Assembly: GCA_963824495.1 (NCBI GenBank)
Contig: CAWGPQ010000011.1
Span: forward strand, 64,001-128,000
Source of the DNA: an uncultured bacterium
GTDB lineage: Bacteria; Babelota; Babeliae; Babelales; Babelaceae
Length of the DNA: 64,000 bases
Direction of reading: 5' to 3'
Shown here piece after piece: positions 19,964 to 29,770 of the stretch. The notes beneath the pieces are model-generated. The model worked only from the letters and a program-made list of their open reading frames with translations, searched no databases and was not told the DNA's origin. The position numbers and the translations under genes are program-made. How positions within the stretch are numbered: position 1 is the first letter of the stretch; every line of letters starts with the position of its first letter.

Positions 19964-21454
19964 ACGATTAAAACATTATACTTCGCAGTAGTGCTTACAG
20001 TTGGTTTATCATTATCTCATGCTATACCATTAGGATGTATGGAACAAGCAAACCCTGCCAATCAAGAATTGATAAATGCAGCCTATAATGGAAATGCTGA
20101 AGAAGTTGAAGCTGCACTCAATGCTGGTGCTGATGTTAATTACGCTGATACTCTTGGCTATACTGCTCTCATAGTGGAAACCATGAGGGGAGAGACCCAA
20201 GTAGTTCAATACTTAATAGAGCACAGTGCTGATGTTAATCATACCAATAGTAAAGGTGATACTGCTCTTTCACTCGCAGCTCTAAATGGGCGTATAGAGA
20301 TAGTTAGATTACTTATAAAATATGGTGCTGATGTTAATCATGCTGACAGTGATGGTTATACTGCTCTTATCTTGGCAGCTGGTTATGGAAAGACAGAAAC
20401 AGTTAGATTGCTTATAGAGCATGGTGCTGATGTTAATCGTGCTAATAATGATGATAATACTGCCCTTATGTTGGCAGCTGCAGGGCCAGGGCGATATACA
20501 GATATAGTTAGAGTGCTTATAGAGCATGGTGCTGATGTTAATCGTGCTGATAGGTATGGGCAAACTGCTCTTATGGCTGCAGCTCGTGGTGGACATACAG
20601 ATACAGTTAGATTACTTATAGAATATGGAGCTGATGTTAATTATACACCTCATTATGGTAATACTGCTCTTGGGGAGGCAGCTATAAATGGACATAGAAA
20701 CGTAGTTGAGTTACTTATAGAGCATGGTGCTGATGTTAATCGCGTAGATAGTGGTGGTAACACTATCCTTATGTCTACTCTTTTAAAGTCGATAACCATT
20801 GCTTCATCTAGACCCAGACTACTGGCAACTGCTCGAGTGCTCATAGAGCATGGAGCAAGAATACCAAACGCTGGCAACCTAAAACAACGCGTCTTACAAG
20901 CTTTAAGTGCTGTATTTGAAGGCAACGAGCTTGCTTATGCAGCAGCCCGGGGAGATACTAAGCACGTGGTAGAATTACTTTCCACTCTACCGCAAGCTCA
21001 ACCACTTACTATTAACCATCAAGATAGTCATGGTATGACAGCGTTACATTGGGCTGCTGCTCAAGGACATGACGATATCGTAAAACTATTACTTGATCTT
21101 GGTGCAAATATTAACCTACAAAATGCAGAGGGTAATACACCGTTACATTTAGCAGCTCGCAACGGTAATTTAACTACCGTTAGACTCTTACTTGCACGTG
21201 GTGCTAATGCTACTATTGTTAACCGACAAGGTCAGACTCCTCTAGCTCTCGCCCGGCAATACCATCGTTCTGCTATTGTTGACTTATTAGCAAGAGAAGC
21301 TGGTCGTGCTGTGTTTGGTAGAGTATCACGAGCAGGTCGAGTCGGAGAGTTTGCATGGCGGCCTACAGGCGCTACCGTTCCCCCTGAGATAGTTGACATA
21401 ATTGCCCAGTTTGCTCAGGCCGCCGGCCATATACCTCCATCAGGGTCAGCATGA
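19964..21454 (+). CDS. ANK-5: secreted ankyrin protein; homologous start codon is ACG (next start GTG 19991)
   Basis: ACG ATT AAA aligns with paralog ATG/GTG ATT AAA and is in frame; repeat region translates identically to ANK-2. Confidence 0.88.
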   Translation, partial: TIKTLYFAVVLTVGLSLSHAIPLGCMEQANPANQELINAAYNGNAEEVEAALNAGADVNYADTLGYTALIVETMRGETQVVQYLIEHSADVNHTNSKGDTALSLAALNGRIEIVRLLIKYGADVNHADSDGYTALILAAGYGKTETVRLLIEHGADVNRANNDDNTALMLAAAGPGRYTDIVRVLIEHGADVNRADRYGQTALMAAARGGHTDTVRLLIEYGADVNYTPHYGNTALGEAAINGHRNVVELLIEHGADVNRVDSGGNTILMSTLLKSITIASSRPRLLATARVLIEHGARIPNAGNLKQRVLQALSAVFEGNELAYAAARGDTKHVVELLSTLPQAQPLTINHQDSHGMTALHWAAAQGHDDIVKLLLDLGANINLQNAEGNTPLHLAARNGNLTTVRLLLARGANATIVNRQGQTPLALARQYHRSAIVDLLAREAGRAVFGRVSRAGRVGEFAWRPTGATVPPEIVDIIAQFAQAAGHIPPSGSA

Positions 21455-21627
21455 GAGTAACCTATACTGTGAGCTATTGGCAAGGATAAGCAGCTTAAGC
21501 AAACAGTGCTCAAAAGTATGTCCTAAAGCATGCAGAGTTAAAAATCGTTAACGTATTGATTATATTGCTTGGCTTTTGATATAATCAAAAATAGAAATAA
21601 TAAGATCTTAATGGAAAGAATTATAGT
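21455..21627 (+). repeat. Spacer U1
   Basis: Matches other U1 copies. Confidence 0.9.
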
Positions 21628-22818
21628 GTGATTAAAGTTGCTATAAAATTACTCATGATTGGCTTGTCGTTATCTAATGTTCTGCTCTTGGAGTGTATGC
21701 ACGTACAAGGACTAGCAAGCCCTGCCAACCAAGAATTGATAAATGCAGCAAAGAATGGCAATCTTGAAGGAGTCGAAGCTGCCCTCAATGCTGGCGTTGA
21801 TGTTAATTATGCTGATAGTGATGGTTATACTGCTCTTATGTGGGCAGCTGTTTATGAACATACAGAGATGGTTAGATTGCTTATAGAGCAGGGTGCTGAT
21901 GTTAATCGTGCTAATAATAATGGCACTACTGCTCTTATGTGGGCAGCTGTTTATGGACATACAGATATAGTTAGATTGCTTATAGAGCAGGGTGCTGAAG
22001 TTAATCGTGCTAATAATTATGGCAGTACTGCTCTCATATGGGCAGCTCTATATGAGCGCATAAATACAGCTAGAGTGCTTATAGGGCATGGGGCAAGAAT
22101 ACCCACTGAAGGGGATCTTCAAAGATTTGCTCAAGGGGTTCCTGACTTTCCTGCGGCTCTACAACGGACCAGGCAAGCTTTAAGTGCTGTATTTGAAGGT
22201 AATGAGCTTGCTTATGCGGCCGCCCGGGGCGATACCAAGCGCGTGGTAGTATTACTTTCTACTTTACCCCAGGCTCAACCACAATCACCTCAGACCAAAT
22301 CGTTGATTGCTCAATTGCGTAAACTGCTTGCTTCTTATGCCATACTGGCCCCAATGATACCCCCTCAAATTAACATTAACCATCCAGATAGTCATGGTAT
22401 GACAGCGTTACATTGGGCTGCTGCTCAAGGATATAACGATATAATAAAACTATTACTTGATTTTGGTGCAAATATTAACCCACAAAATGCAGAGGGTAAT
22501 ACACCGTTACACTTAGCAGCTCGCAACGGCAACCTGAGTGTGGTTAAACTTTTGCTTGCGCGTGGCGCTAATGCTACTGTTGTTAACCGACAAGGTCAGA
22601 CTGCTTTGGCTCTTGCCTATAGGTATCATCATCCTAATGTTGTCGCTTTCTTAGAAGCACAAGCAGGTCGTGCTGTGTTTGGTAGAGTGTCACGAGCAGG
22701 TCGAGTCGGAGGGTTTGCATGGCAGCCTACAGGCACTACCCTTCCCCCTGAGATAGTTGACATAATTGCCCAGTTTGCTCAGGCCGCCGGCCATATACCT
22801 CCATCAGGGTCAGCATGA
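21628..22818 (+). CDS. ANK-6: secreted ankyrin protein
   Basis: Family architecture; long linker; tail LPPEIVDIIAQF. Confidence 0.92.
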   Translation: MIKVAIKLLMIGLSLSNVLLLECMHVQGLASPANQELINAAKNGNLEGVEAALNAGVDVNYADSDGYTALMWAAVYEHTEMVRLLIEQGADVNRANNNGTTALMWAAVYGHTDIVRLLIEQGAEVNRANNYGSTALIWAALYERINTARVLIGHGARIPTEGDLQRFAQGVPDFPAALQRTRQALSAVFEGNELAYAAARGDTKRVVVLLSTLPQAQPQSPQTKSLIAQLRKLLASYAILAPMIPPQININHPDSHGMTALHWAAAQGYNDIIKLLLDFGANINPQNAEGNTPLHLAARNGNLSVVKLLLARGANATVVNRQGQTALALAYRYHHPNVVAFLEAQAGRAVFGRVSRAGRVGGFAWQPTGTTLPPEIVDIIAQFAQAAGHIPPSGSA

Positions 22819-22990
22819 GAGTAACCTATACTGTGAGCTATTGGCAAGGATAAGCAGCTTAAGCAAACAGTGCTCAAAAGTATGTCCTAAAGCATGCAGA
22901 GTTAAAAATCGTTAAAGTATTGATTATATTGCTTGGCTTTTGATATAATCAAAAATAGAAATATAAGATCTTAATGGAAAGAATTATAGT
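22819..22990 (+). repeat. Spacer U1 with promoter
   Basis: TTGATT 22920-22925, 18-nt spacer, TGn-TATAAT 22944-22949. Confidence 0.9.
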
Positions 22991-23980
22991 ATGATTAAAG
23001 TTGCTATAAAATTACTCATGATTGGCTTGTCGTTATCTAATGTTCTGCTCTTAGAGTGTATGCACGTACAAGGACCAGCAAACCCTGCCAACCAAGAATT
23101 GATAAATGCAGCAGAGAATGGCAATCTTGAAGGAGTCGAAGCTGCCCTCAGTGCTGGCGTTGATGTTAATTATGCCGATGTTCATGGCAATACTGCTCTT
23201 ATCTTGGCAGCTGCTTATGGACATACAGAGATGGTTAGATTGCTTATAGAGCATGGTGCTGATGTTAATCGTGCTAATAATTATGGCAATACTGCTCTTA
23301 CATGGGCAGCTCTATATGGCTACACAGAGATAGCTAGAGTACTTATAGAGCATGGGGCAAGAATACCCACTGGAGAACATCTTCAAAGATTTGCTCTGCA
23401 GCTACGCGCAAGGCAGGTTTTAAGTGCTGTATTTGAGGGTAACGAGCTTGCTTATGCAGCAGCTCGAGGAGATACTAAGCGCGTGGTAGAATTACTTTCC
23501 ACTCTACCGCAAGCTCAACCACTTACTATTAACCATCAAGATGGCCATGGTATGACAGCGTTACATTGGGCTGCTGCTCAAGGACATGACGATATAATAA
23601 AACTATTACTTGAGTTTGGTGCAAATATTAATCTACAAAATGCACAGGGTGATACACCGTTACACTTAGCAGCTCGTAATGGTAACTTAAGTACCGTTAG
23701 ACTCTTACTTGCACGTGGTGCTAATGTTACTATGGTTAACCGACAGGGTCAGACTCCTCTGGTTCTTGCCCAACAATATCATCGTTCTGCTATTGTTGAC
23801 CTATTGGCAAGACAGGCAGGGCGCGCTGTGTTTGGTAGAGTATCACGAGCAGGTCGAGCAGGAGAGTTTGCATGGCAGCCTACACCCACCGGCGCTACCC
23901 TCCCCCCCGAGATAGCTGACATAATTGCCCAGTTTGCTCAGGCCCCGGGCCATATGCCTCCATCAGGGTCATCTTCTTAA
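22991..23980 (+). CDS. ANK-7: secreted ankyrin protein
   Basis: Family architecture; short linker; tail LPPEIADIIAQF. Confidence 0.92.
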   Translation: MIKVAIKLLMIGLSLSNVLLLECMHVQGPANPANQELINAAENGNLEGVEAALSAGVDVNYADVHGNTALILAAAYGHTEMVRLLIEHGADVNRANNYGNTALTWAALYGYTEIARVLIEHGARIPTGEHLQRFALQLRARQVLSAVFEGNELAYAAARGDTKRVVELLSTLPQAQPLTINHQDGHGMTALHWAAAQGHDDIIKLLLEFGANINLQNAQGDTPLHLAARNGNLSTVRLLLARGANVTMVNRQGQTPLVLAQQYHRSAIVDLLARQAGRAVFGRVSRAGRAGEFAWQPTPTGATLPPEIADIIAQFAQAPGHMPPSGSSS

Positions 23981-24107
23981 GTTTCTTGAGCTTATAAGTA
24001 CGAGTATGTTTTGGTAGCAAGAAAAAATGATTAATTACGTCTTGCTCAATCAAAGCTTTTTTGTATAGACAAGGGATGTATTTGCAGGACATACATGTTG
24101 TATCCTG
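23981..24107 (+). repeat. Spacer U2, distal part only
   Basis: Aligns with the first ~125 bp of U2 at 36683; similarity stops at GTATCCTG (24107). Confidence 0.85.
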
Positions 24108-24599
24108 ATTTAGTATAATTAAAAATTGCTTTGTCCTCGGCTTATTAATAAATTACTGAAAATTTTTTAGCTTAAATTATTTTAAATCAATTATTTTGAA
24201 GCCGCTTTGCTTTTTAGTGTACGCGCAAGGAGAAGGAAAGCTTAGCGCAGGCGAGTGAGTCTGTTGTGCGCATAATAAGCCTTTTTTTCTATGTCAATAA
24301 ATTATGAATTGTTGACATACACCATTTTTGACCCTATCTTTTGTTCCAAAATGGAGAACCAACGTAAGAATTATCTAGAAACCACCGAAATAACACGCTT
24401 TCTAAGATCAACGATGTTGCACGATTATCGTATGGTTCATTTATAACTTATTGATGAACCCATTTCTGATATCCATGCTTATATTTATTTATAACTGTTC
24501 TGCCGATGTGCCAAAAATTAATAGTATAATTATTTTTTGGTGAATTTTATTTTATTCTATTTAAAGATGGGCTTTAGCTAGCCTGGGTCATTGTGCCTA

Positions 24600-24628
24600 A
24601 AAGAGGAGGTATATTACATCTCCTCTTT
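24600..24628 (-). terminator. Probable intrinsic terminator hairpin
   Basis: AAAGAGGAG...CTCCTCTTT inverted repeat just past the stop of the minus-strand gene. Confidence 0.55.
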
Positions 24629-24647
24629 CTTGTGGTTAAACCTCTCA

Positions 24648-25222
24648 CTAAGTAATCACCAATTTTTTGAACCCATATCCTTGAGGTGCATTTTCATCGT
24701 CGGCTAGAGTTAGGGTATAGGTATATCCATTTTCAAACACTACACAAGGCAAAGGCTTTAGTGGAACAGAAGACGGCACCCACGCACGGGGTATCGTTGC
24801 CTCTTCATAAGATAAATAAGCTACCGCTTCTATGTATCCAGCCGGTCCAACCTGTGGCAAGATACAACCGTGAGCATAACCAGTTGCGGTAGTCTTCAAA
24901 ATATTTTCCCATGATTTTCCTGCCCATGCTTTATTAGTAAAAGAATAGGGTGAGATAAGTTTATGCTTTGCTTCGATAACTACACTCGGCTCTCCTGCTA
25001 TCAAACTAACAGTAACTGATGGCTGAAATCCAGCTCCCCTCCCTGTTTTCCAGTTGCTGGAGTGGTGACGTAAAAGGTAAATGCGCTGTCTTGAAGCCCG
25101 GTTTTATTGACAAAGTGTATGATATAATCATTTTGAGCTTGTGCAAAATGCATTTGGCAAAAGCATAGCCACCGAAGCCATGAGCATATGGTATACTTTC
25201 TATTAATAGATATTATTATCAT
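24648..25222 (-). pseudogene. Frameshifted paralog of 27334-27960
   Basis: AQNDYIIHFVNKT and YTLTLADDENAPQGYGFKKLVIT match the paralog; frameshift near 25035-25050; compensating indels in the signal region. Confidence 0.75.
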
Positions 25223-25656
25223 TACTATTCTCCTTTTTTTACACGAATTAAACAAGTAAACTAGGTCAGGCCTTGTTGCATAAATACCTAATCTATTTTT
25301 AATATATAAAAACATAAATACAAGTTGTCAATAAGAAGTTACATAAAGACAGGGTAATCGCACCAATTATGGTGAAATAAAGGCATTTTGCTGAAAAGTT
25401 AGAATGTAAGCTAGAAATGAGAAGAAAGAGCAAAGAGTTATTATTAAAATCATTTATAATTTTTTGTATTTCATCCACACAATATCAATATGGTACACTT
25501 TCCGCGTCAATATAACTGGAAATCTTGTTGTAGTAAGATAAAAATCTTGCACTATATTATAGCAATTATGTATAAAGGTACTAGCACATTGACGCACTGT
25601 TCAAAAATGAAAGCACCACAAAGATATATAAAATTTAAATTAATCATAATTATTTT

Positions 25657-26697
25657 ATGAAATATCACACTAAGTCTGGCCGCGTAAAAAAGCTTATTAT
25701 CTATATCTATAGCACGTTTTTTCTTTCTTTGTTTATGAGTAAATTAGCGCAAGCGCATGGATTTGGTGAATACGCCCACATAAAGGTAGTAGGAGGTTGG
25801 AAGAGAATTAAACAGCTCTATGAAAATCAATTCAACCACAAGCAATCAGTAACAAGTTATGACCTACACTTAGGCAAACACGTTAAAGGCTGTGTAAAAG
25901 CAAGTGGCATGAGTAAAACGAATTGTTACTTTAGGGTTGGCTTTGATAAAAATTCTAACAATGATATTTTGTGCACACCAACTCAAAAATTTTACGTACC
26001 CTCGAAAAAGGCATGGGTTTCTGCATATAAGTTACAACCGGGTGATTTTTTATTAAGCAGTGGCATTAAATTGATACCAATTACTTATATAAAGTTCATA
26101 AAAAAACCACTTAGAGTTTACTCAATTGAACTTGAAGGCTATCACACTTATTTATTGGGCGACTATGAGATCTTGACACATAACATGACCTTACCCATTG
26201 CTGCTGGCATGAGCATAGCTATTGCATTTGGCGAGGGAGCGACAGCAGGAGGGGCTGCCGGGGCATTCTTTGGTCCTCCAGTAATTATAGCAGGTGTAGT
26301 AGTTGGTGGCGCAATCGGTCTTGTCATACAAGCCATGGCAAACAACAGAGAGAAAGCAGCGTACCATTTAGATTTTAATATTAAAGATATTACAAGGTTT
26401 CTCAAAGAACGTGATAACATTGAAAGAGAAAGCAGCAACAAAAATGAAGATGCACAAGCTCCTGGAAAGCCCACTGAAAAAGACGGCTATATTCCTGCCA
26501 AAAGCTGGGATGGAAAAAAGGTAAAGAATCCAAATGGTCCTGGATATGGCTGGCCAGACAAAAAGGGAAATATATGGGTACCTTCAGGCCCAAATGGTCA
26601 TGGCGGTCCGCATTGGGATGTTGAATATTCCGGTAAAAGCAAAGATTACGATAATGTTTTTCCAGGCGGAAAAGCCCGTCCTGGTAGAAAAAAATAG
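25657..26697 (+). CDS. Polymorphic toxin: signal peptide, Hint domain, Gly-rich hydrophobic linker, Ntox37-like C-terminal toxin
   Basis: Hint motifs CTPTQKF, WVSAYKLQPGD, VYSIEL..YHTY...ILTHN; tail APGKPTEKDG..WDGKKVKNPNG.GYGWPDKKGN.WVP...HGGPHWDV. Confidence 0.8.
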   Translation: MKYHTKSGRVKKLIIYIYSTFFLSLFMSKLAQAHGFGEYAHIKVVGGWKRIKQLYENQFNHKQSVTSYDLHLGKHVKGCVKASGMSKTNCYFRVGFDKNSNNDILCTPTQKFYVPSKKAWVSAYKLQPGDFLLSSGIKLIPITYIKFIKKPLRVYSIELEGYHTYLLGDYEILTHNMTLPIAAGMSIAIAFGEGATAGGAAGAFFGPPVIIAGVVVGGAIGLVIQAMANNREKAAYHLDFNIKDITRFLKERDNIERESSNKNEDAQAPGKPTEKDGYIPAKSWDGKKVKNPNGPGYGWPDKKGNIWVPSGPNGHGGPHWDVEYSGKSKDYDNVFPGGKARPGRKK

Positions 26698-26706
26698 GTT
26701 TTAAAA

Positions 26707-27018
26707 ATGGAAAACAGCCACATTGTTCTTGAATGTAAGCGCGTTAAATTTTTTTCACGACGTGATGAAGACGCATTTTTTGAATGGGCAAAGAAAATTA
26801 AAAGCATAAAATTAATTAAAGGCGTAGGCGATAAGATACAGCTTTACGTAGGCAAACAAGAAATAAGCAACGAAGATTTTAGAGATATCATAGCTTTATT
26901 TAATAGGTACAAAGTTGATATGAAACAGTTAGAACTTTTCTTAAACGAGAGCAATGAGCACCTGTATTATGAATATAAAAAGAGGTATTTGATTAATATT
27001 TACCCTTCAGGTCAATAG
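26707..27018 (+). CDS. Probable cognate immunity protein
   Basis: 103-aa ORF without signal peptide, 9 bp after the toxin stop. Confidence 0.65.
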   Translation: MENSHIVLECKRVKFFSRRDEDAFFEWAKKIKSIKLIKGVGDKIQLYVGKQEISNEDFRDIIALFNRYKVDMKQLELFLNESNEHLYYEYKKRYLINIYPSGQ

Positions 27019-27333
27019 CTACTTTCTATTAATCTGCTTTCGTAGATTGAAATAGGCTACTTCCAACTAAAAAATACGAGAAGCTCCATAGAATTTTTTT
27101 GTTGATAAAATGTTGCCCAAGCCTAGACTATCTGCCAACTCTTTGATACGCTATAGTATTATAGTATACTAATTTTGAGTAACATTTTTTCCTAAAGCTA
27201 AAGTTAACGTTCAAGTTTTGACATTATCCCTGACTATACGTATCATTATAATTAAACTTGCTGCTATATTTATAGAAGAATTAAATAATTTTTTACTGCA
27301 CACCGAAAAGCATTGACTAAATTGATAGCCCAG

Positions 27334-27960
27334 TTATATTATTGTGCTTGTAATACGCTTGCCATAGGTAATTACCAGTTTCTTAAACCCATATCCCTTG
27401 GGCTGGGCTTCATCATCGGCAAGAGTTAGGGTGTAGGTGTCGCCGTTTTTAAACGGAACACAGCTGGAAGGAATATATGATTGTGGAGTTAAGACGCTGG
27501 TCCCAAATCCTCCGGGCACCCCCTCGATCTCTTGTAGTGTGTACTGCTCAAGAACTTGAGGACTAACACAAGGCGTAAAGTAGGCAGCGGATGAAAGGTC
27601 AGGGACTGTAGGAGGTAATCCAATACAAGCACCTGTTTGTGACCAATCTATTGTCGTGAACCCTCTTCCCAACGGCCCATAGCTAAAGCCAAAAGGTTGA
27701 GACAGCGTGTAACTTACAAAAATTAGTATCTTTTCAGACGAAGTGGTAAGCGATAGTGGGAGGAAAGAAGATTTTACCTGGGGCGCACCATTGCTATCTA
27801 CAGACTGATAGATAACACAAAATTGAATTGCGGGCAGATCGGTGTTATTAACAAAGTGTATAGTATAATTATTTTGAGCTGGTGCGAATAAATTTATCAA
27901 AAGCATAGCAATTAAAGCCATAAGTATATGGTAGGGTTTTTTATTAATAGATAGTATCAT
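27334..27960 (-). CDS. Hypothetical secreted protein
   Basis: GAGGAG RBS, signal peptide; paralog at 24648-25222. Confidence 0.75.
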   Translation of the reverse strand: MILSINKKPYHILMALIAMLLINLFAPAQNNYTIHFVNNTDLPAIQFCVIYQSVDSNGAPQVKSSFLPLSLTTSSEKILIFVSYTLSQPFGFSYGPLGRGFTTIDWSQTGACIGLPPTVPDLSSAAYFTPCVSPQVLEQYTLQEIEGVPGGFGTSVLTPQSYIPSSCVPFKNGDTYTLTLADDEAQPKGYGFKKLVITYGKRITSTII

Positions 27961-28359
27961 TATATTCTCCTCTTCTTTATTTGCCCCCAGGCTTTTACTG
28001 ATTTTTCTTATTAAATTTATTATAGAAAGAAATTGATAAACAAAACAAGGGTTTTTTTATTTTAATTGAAAATTCTTGTAAGTCATTATGGCTTAATGAG
28101 CGATCATAATAAACAATTCCAAATCCTGCCTCTTAATATAGCCTTAAGCGTCAGATCTACGGAAAGCTCCGCAGGCAGCAGGATGTCTTGTCATATGAGC
28201 TGCAATGAGGTTAATAAAATTGTATCAGGGTTAAATCCTGGATAAAGTTGAAGTGTTTCTTGACGTGGCAATTCTTGAAAGGCTCTCTGTAAAACTTCTT
28301 GTGCTACTGGTATATTTGCATAATTGTGTACTACCAGACATCTTAAAACGCTAACAAAC

Positions 28360-29598
28360 TTACGAATGTGATCCCGATGGCAATGTAGGGTGGACAGGAG
28401 CCTGTGCAAGCTGGGCAATTTGTCTCGCAACTTCAGGCGGAAGAAGCTCACCTGTAGGCTGCCATGCAAAGCCTCCTCTACGACCTAATTGTGATACTCT
28501 GCCAAACACAGCCCGGCCTGCTTGTGCTTCTAAGAAAGCAAGAACATCAGGATGATGATACCTATAGGCAAGAGCCAAAGCAGTCTGACCTTGTCGGTTA
28601 ACAACAGTAGCATTAGCGCCACGCGCAAGCAAAAGTTTAACCACACTCAGGTTGCCGTTGCGAGCTGCTAAGTGTAACGGTGTATTGCCCTCTGCATTTT
28701 GTAGGTTAACATTTGCACCAAAATCAAGTAATAGTTTTACTATATTGTTATGTCCTTGAGCAGCAGCCCAATGTAACGCTGTCATACCTTGAGTATTTTG
28801 ATGGTTAATGTTAAGAGGTTGAGGTGGTATCGCTGGTGGCAGTATGGCACAAGAAGCAAGCAGCTTACGCAACTGAGCAATCAACGATTGCGCCTGAGGT
28901 GATTGTGGTTGAGCTTGGCTTGGAGTGGAAAGTAATTCTACCACGTGCTTAGTATCGCCTCGGGCTGCTGCATAAGCAAGCTCGTTACCCTCAAATACTT
29001 CACTTAGAAATTGCCTTGCCGGCTGCTCTAGGTTCGGAATGCCAAGATTTAGCTGGTTAGGTCTCTGCAGCTCTTCTGCAGTTGGTATTGTCGACTTGTA
29101 AATAACATAACTAAGAGTAGTAAACCCATCTCTATCAGCTACAAGATTAACGTCAGCCCCATGCTCTATAAGCAATCTAGCTATATCTTCATGTCCAGCG
29201 TTAGCTGCCAACATAAGAGCAGTATTGCCAGCATTATTTGCACCATTAACATCACCACCCCGCTCTATAAGCAATCTAACCATCTCTGTATGTTCATAAA
29301 CAGCTGCCCACATAAGAGCAGTATAGCCAAGAGTATCGGCATGATTAACATCAGCACCCTGCTCTAGAAACAGTCTAACTATATCTATATGTCCATAAAC
29401 AGCTGCCATCATAAGAGCTGTCCAACCATTACTGTCAGCATAATTGATATTGGCACCAGCATTGAGTGCAGCTTCTGCTGCATTTATCAATTCTTGGTCG
29501 GCAGGGTTTGCTGGTCCTTGTACGTGCATACACTCTAAGAGCAGAACATTAGATAACGACAAGCCAATCATGAGTAGTTTTATAGCAACTTTAATCAT
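28360..29598 (-). CDS. ANK-8: secreted ankyrin protein
   Basis: Family architecture; 8-aa in-frame deletion in the N-cap (ELINAAEAAL); tail LPPEVARQIAQL. Confidence 0.9.
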   Translation of the reverse strand: MIKVAIKLLMIGLSLSNVLLLECMHVQGPANPADQELINAAEAALNAGANINYADSNGWTALMMAAVYGHIDIVRLFLEQGADVNHADTLGYTALMWAAVYEHTEMVRLLIERGGDVNGANNAGNTALMLAANAGHEDIARLLIEHGADVNLVADRDGFTTLSYVIYKSTIPTAEELQRPNQLNLGIPNLEQPARQFLSEVFEGNELAYAAARGDTKHVVELLSTPSQAQPQSPQAQSLIAQLRKLLASCAILPPAIPPQPLNINHQNTQGMTALHWAAAQGHNNIVKLLLDFGANVNLQNAEGNTPLHLAARNGNLSVVKLLLARGANATVVNRQGQTALALAYRYHHPDVLAFLEAQAGRAVFGRVSQLGRRGGFAWQPTGELLPPEVARQIAQLAQAPVHPTLPSGSHS

Positions 29599-29770
29599 AC
29601 TATAATTCTTTCCATTAAGATCTTATGTTTCTATTTTTGATTATATCAAAAGCCAAGCAATATAACCAACACTTTAATAATTTTTAACTCTGCATGCTTT
29701 AGGACATACTTTTGAGCACTGTTTGCTTAAGCTGCTTATCCTTGCCAATAGCTCACAGTATAGGTTACTC
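29599..29770 (-). repeat. Spacer U1
   Basis: Matches other U1 copies. Confidence 0.9.

Noticed and set aside
24265..24299. dif-like site: TGTGCGCATAA matches the E. coli XerC arm at 10 of 11 positions
   Set aside because: No XerD arm at the 6-bp spacing; the nearest weak match is 13 bp away.
28191..28359. Open frame after ANK-8 (LVVHNYANIPVAQEVLQRAF) resembling the family linker
   Set aside because: Similarity too short to call a remnant by eye.
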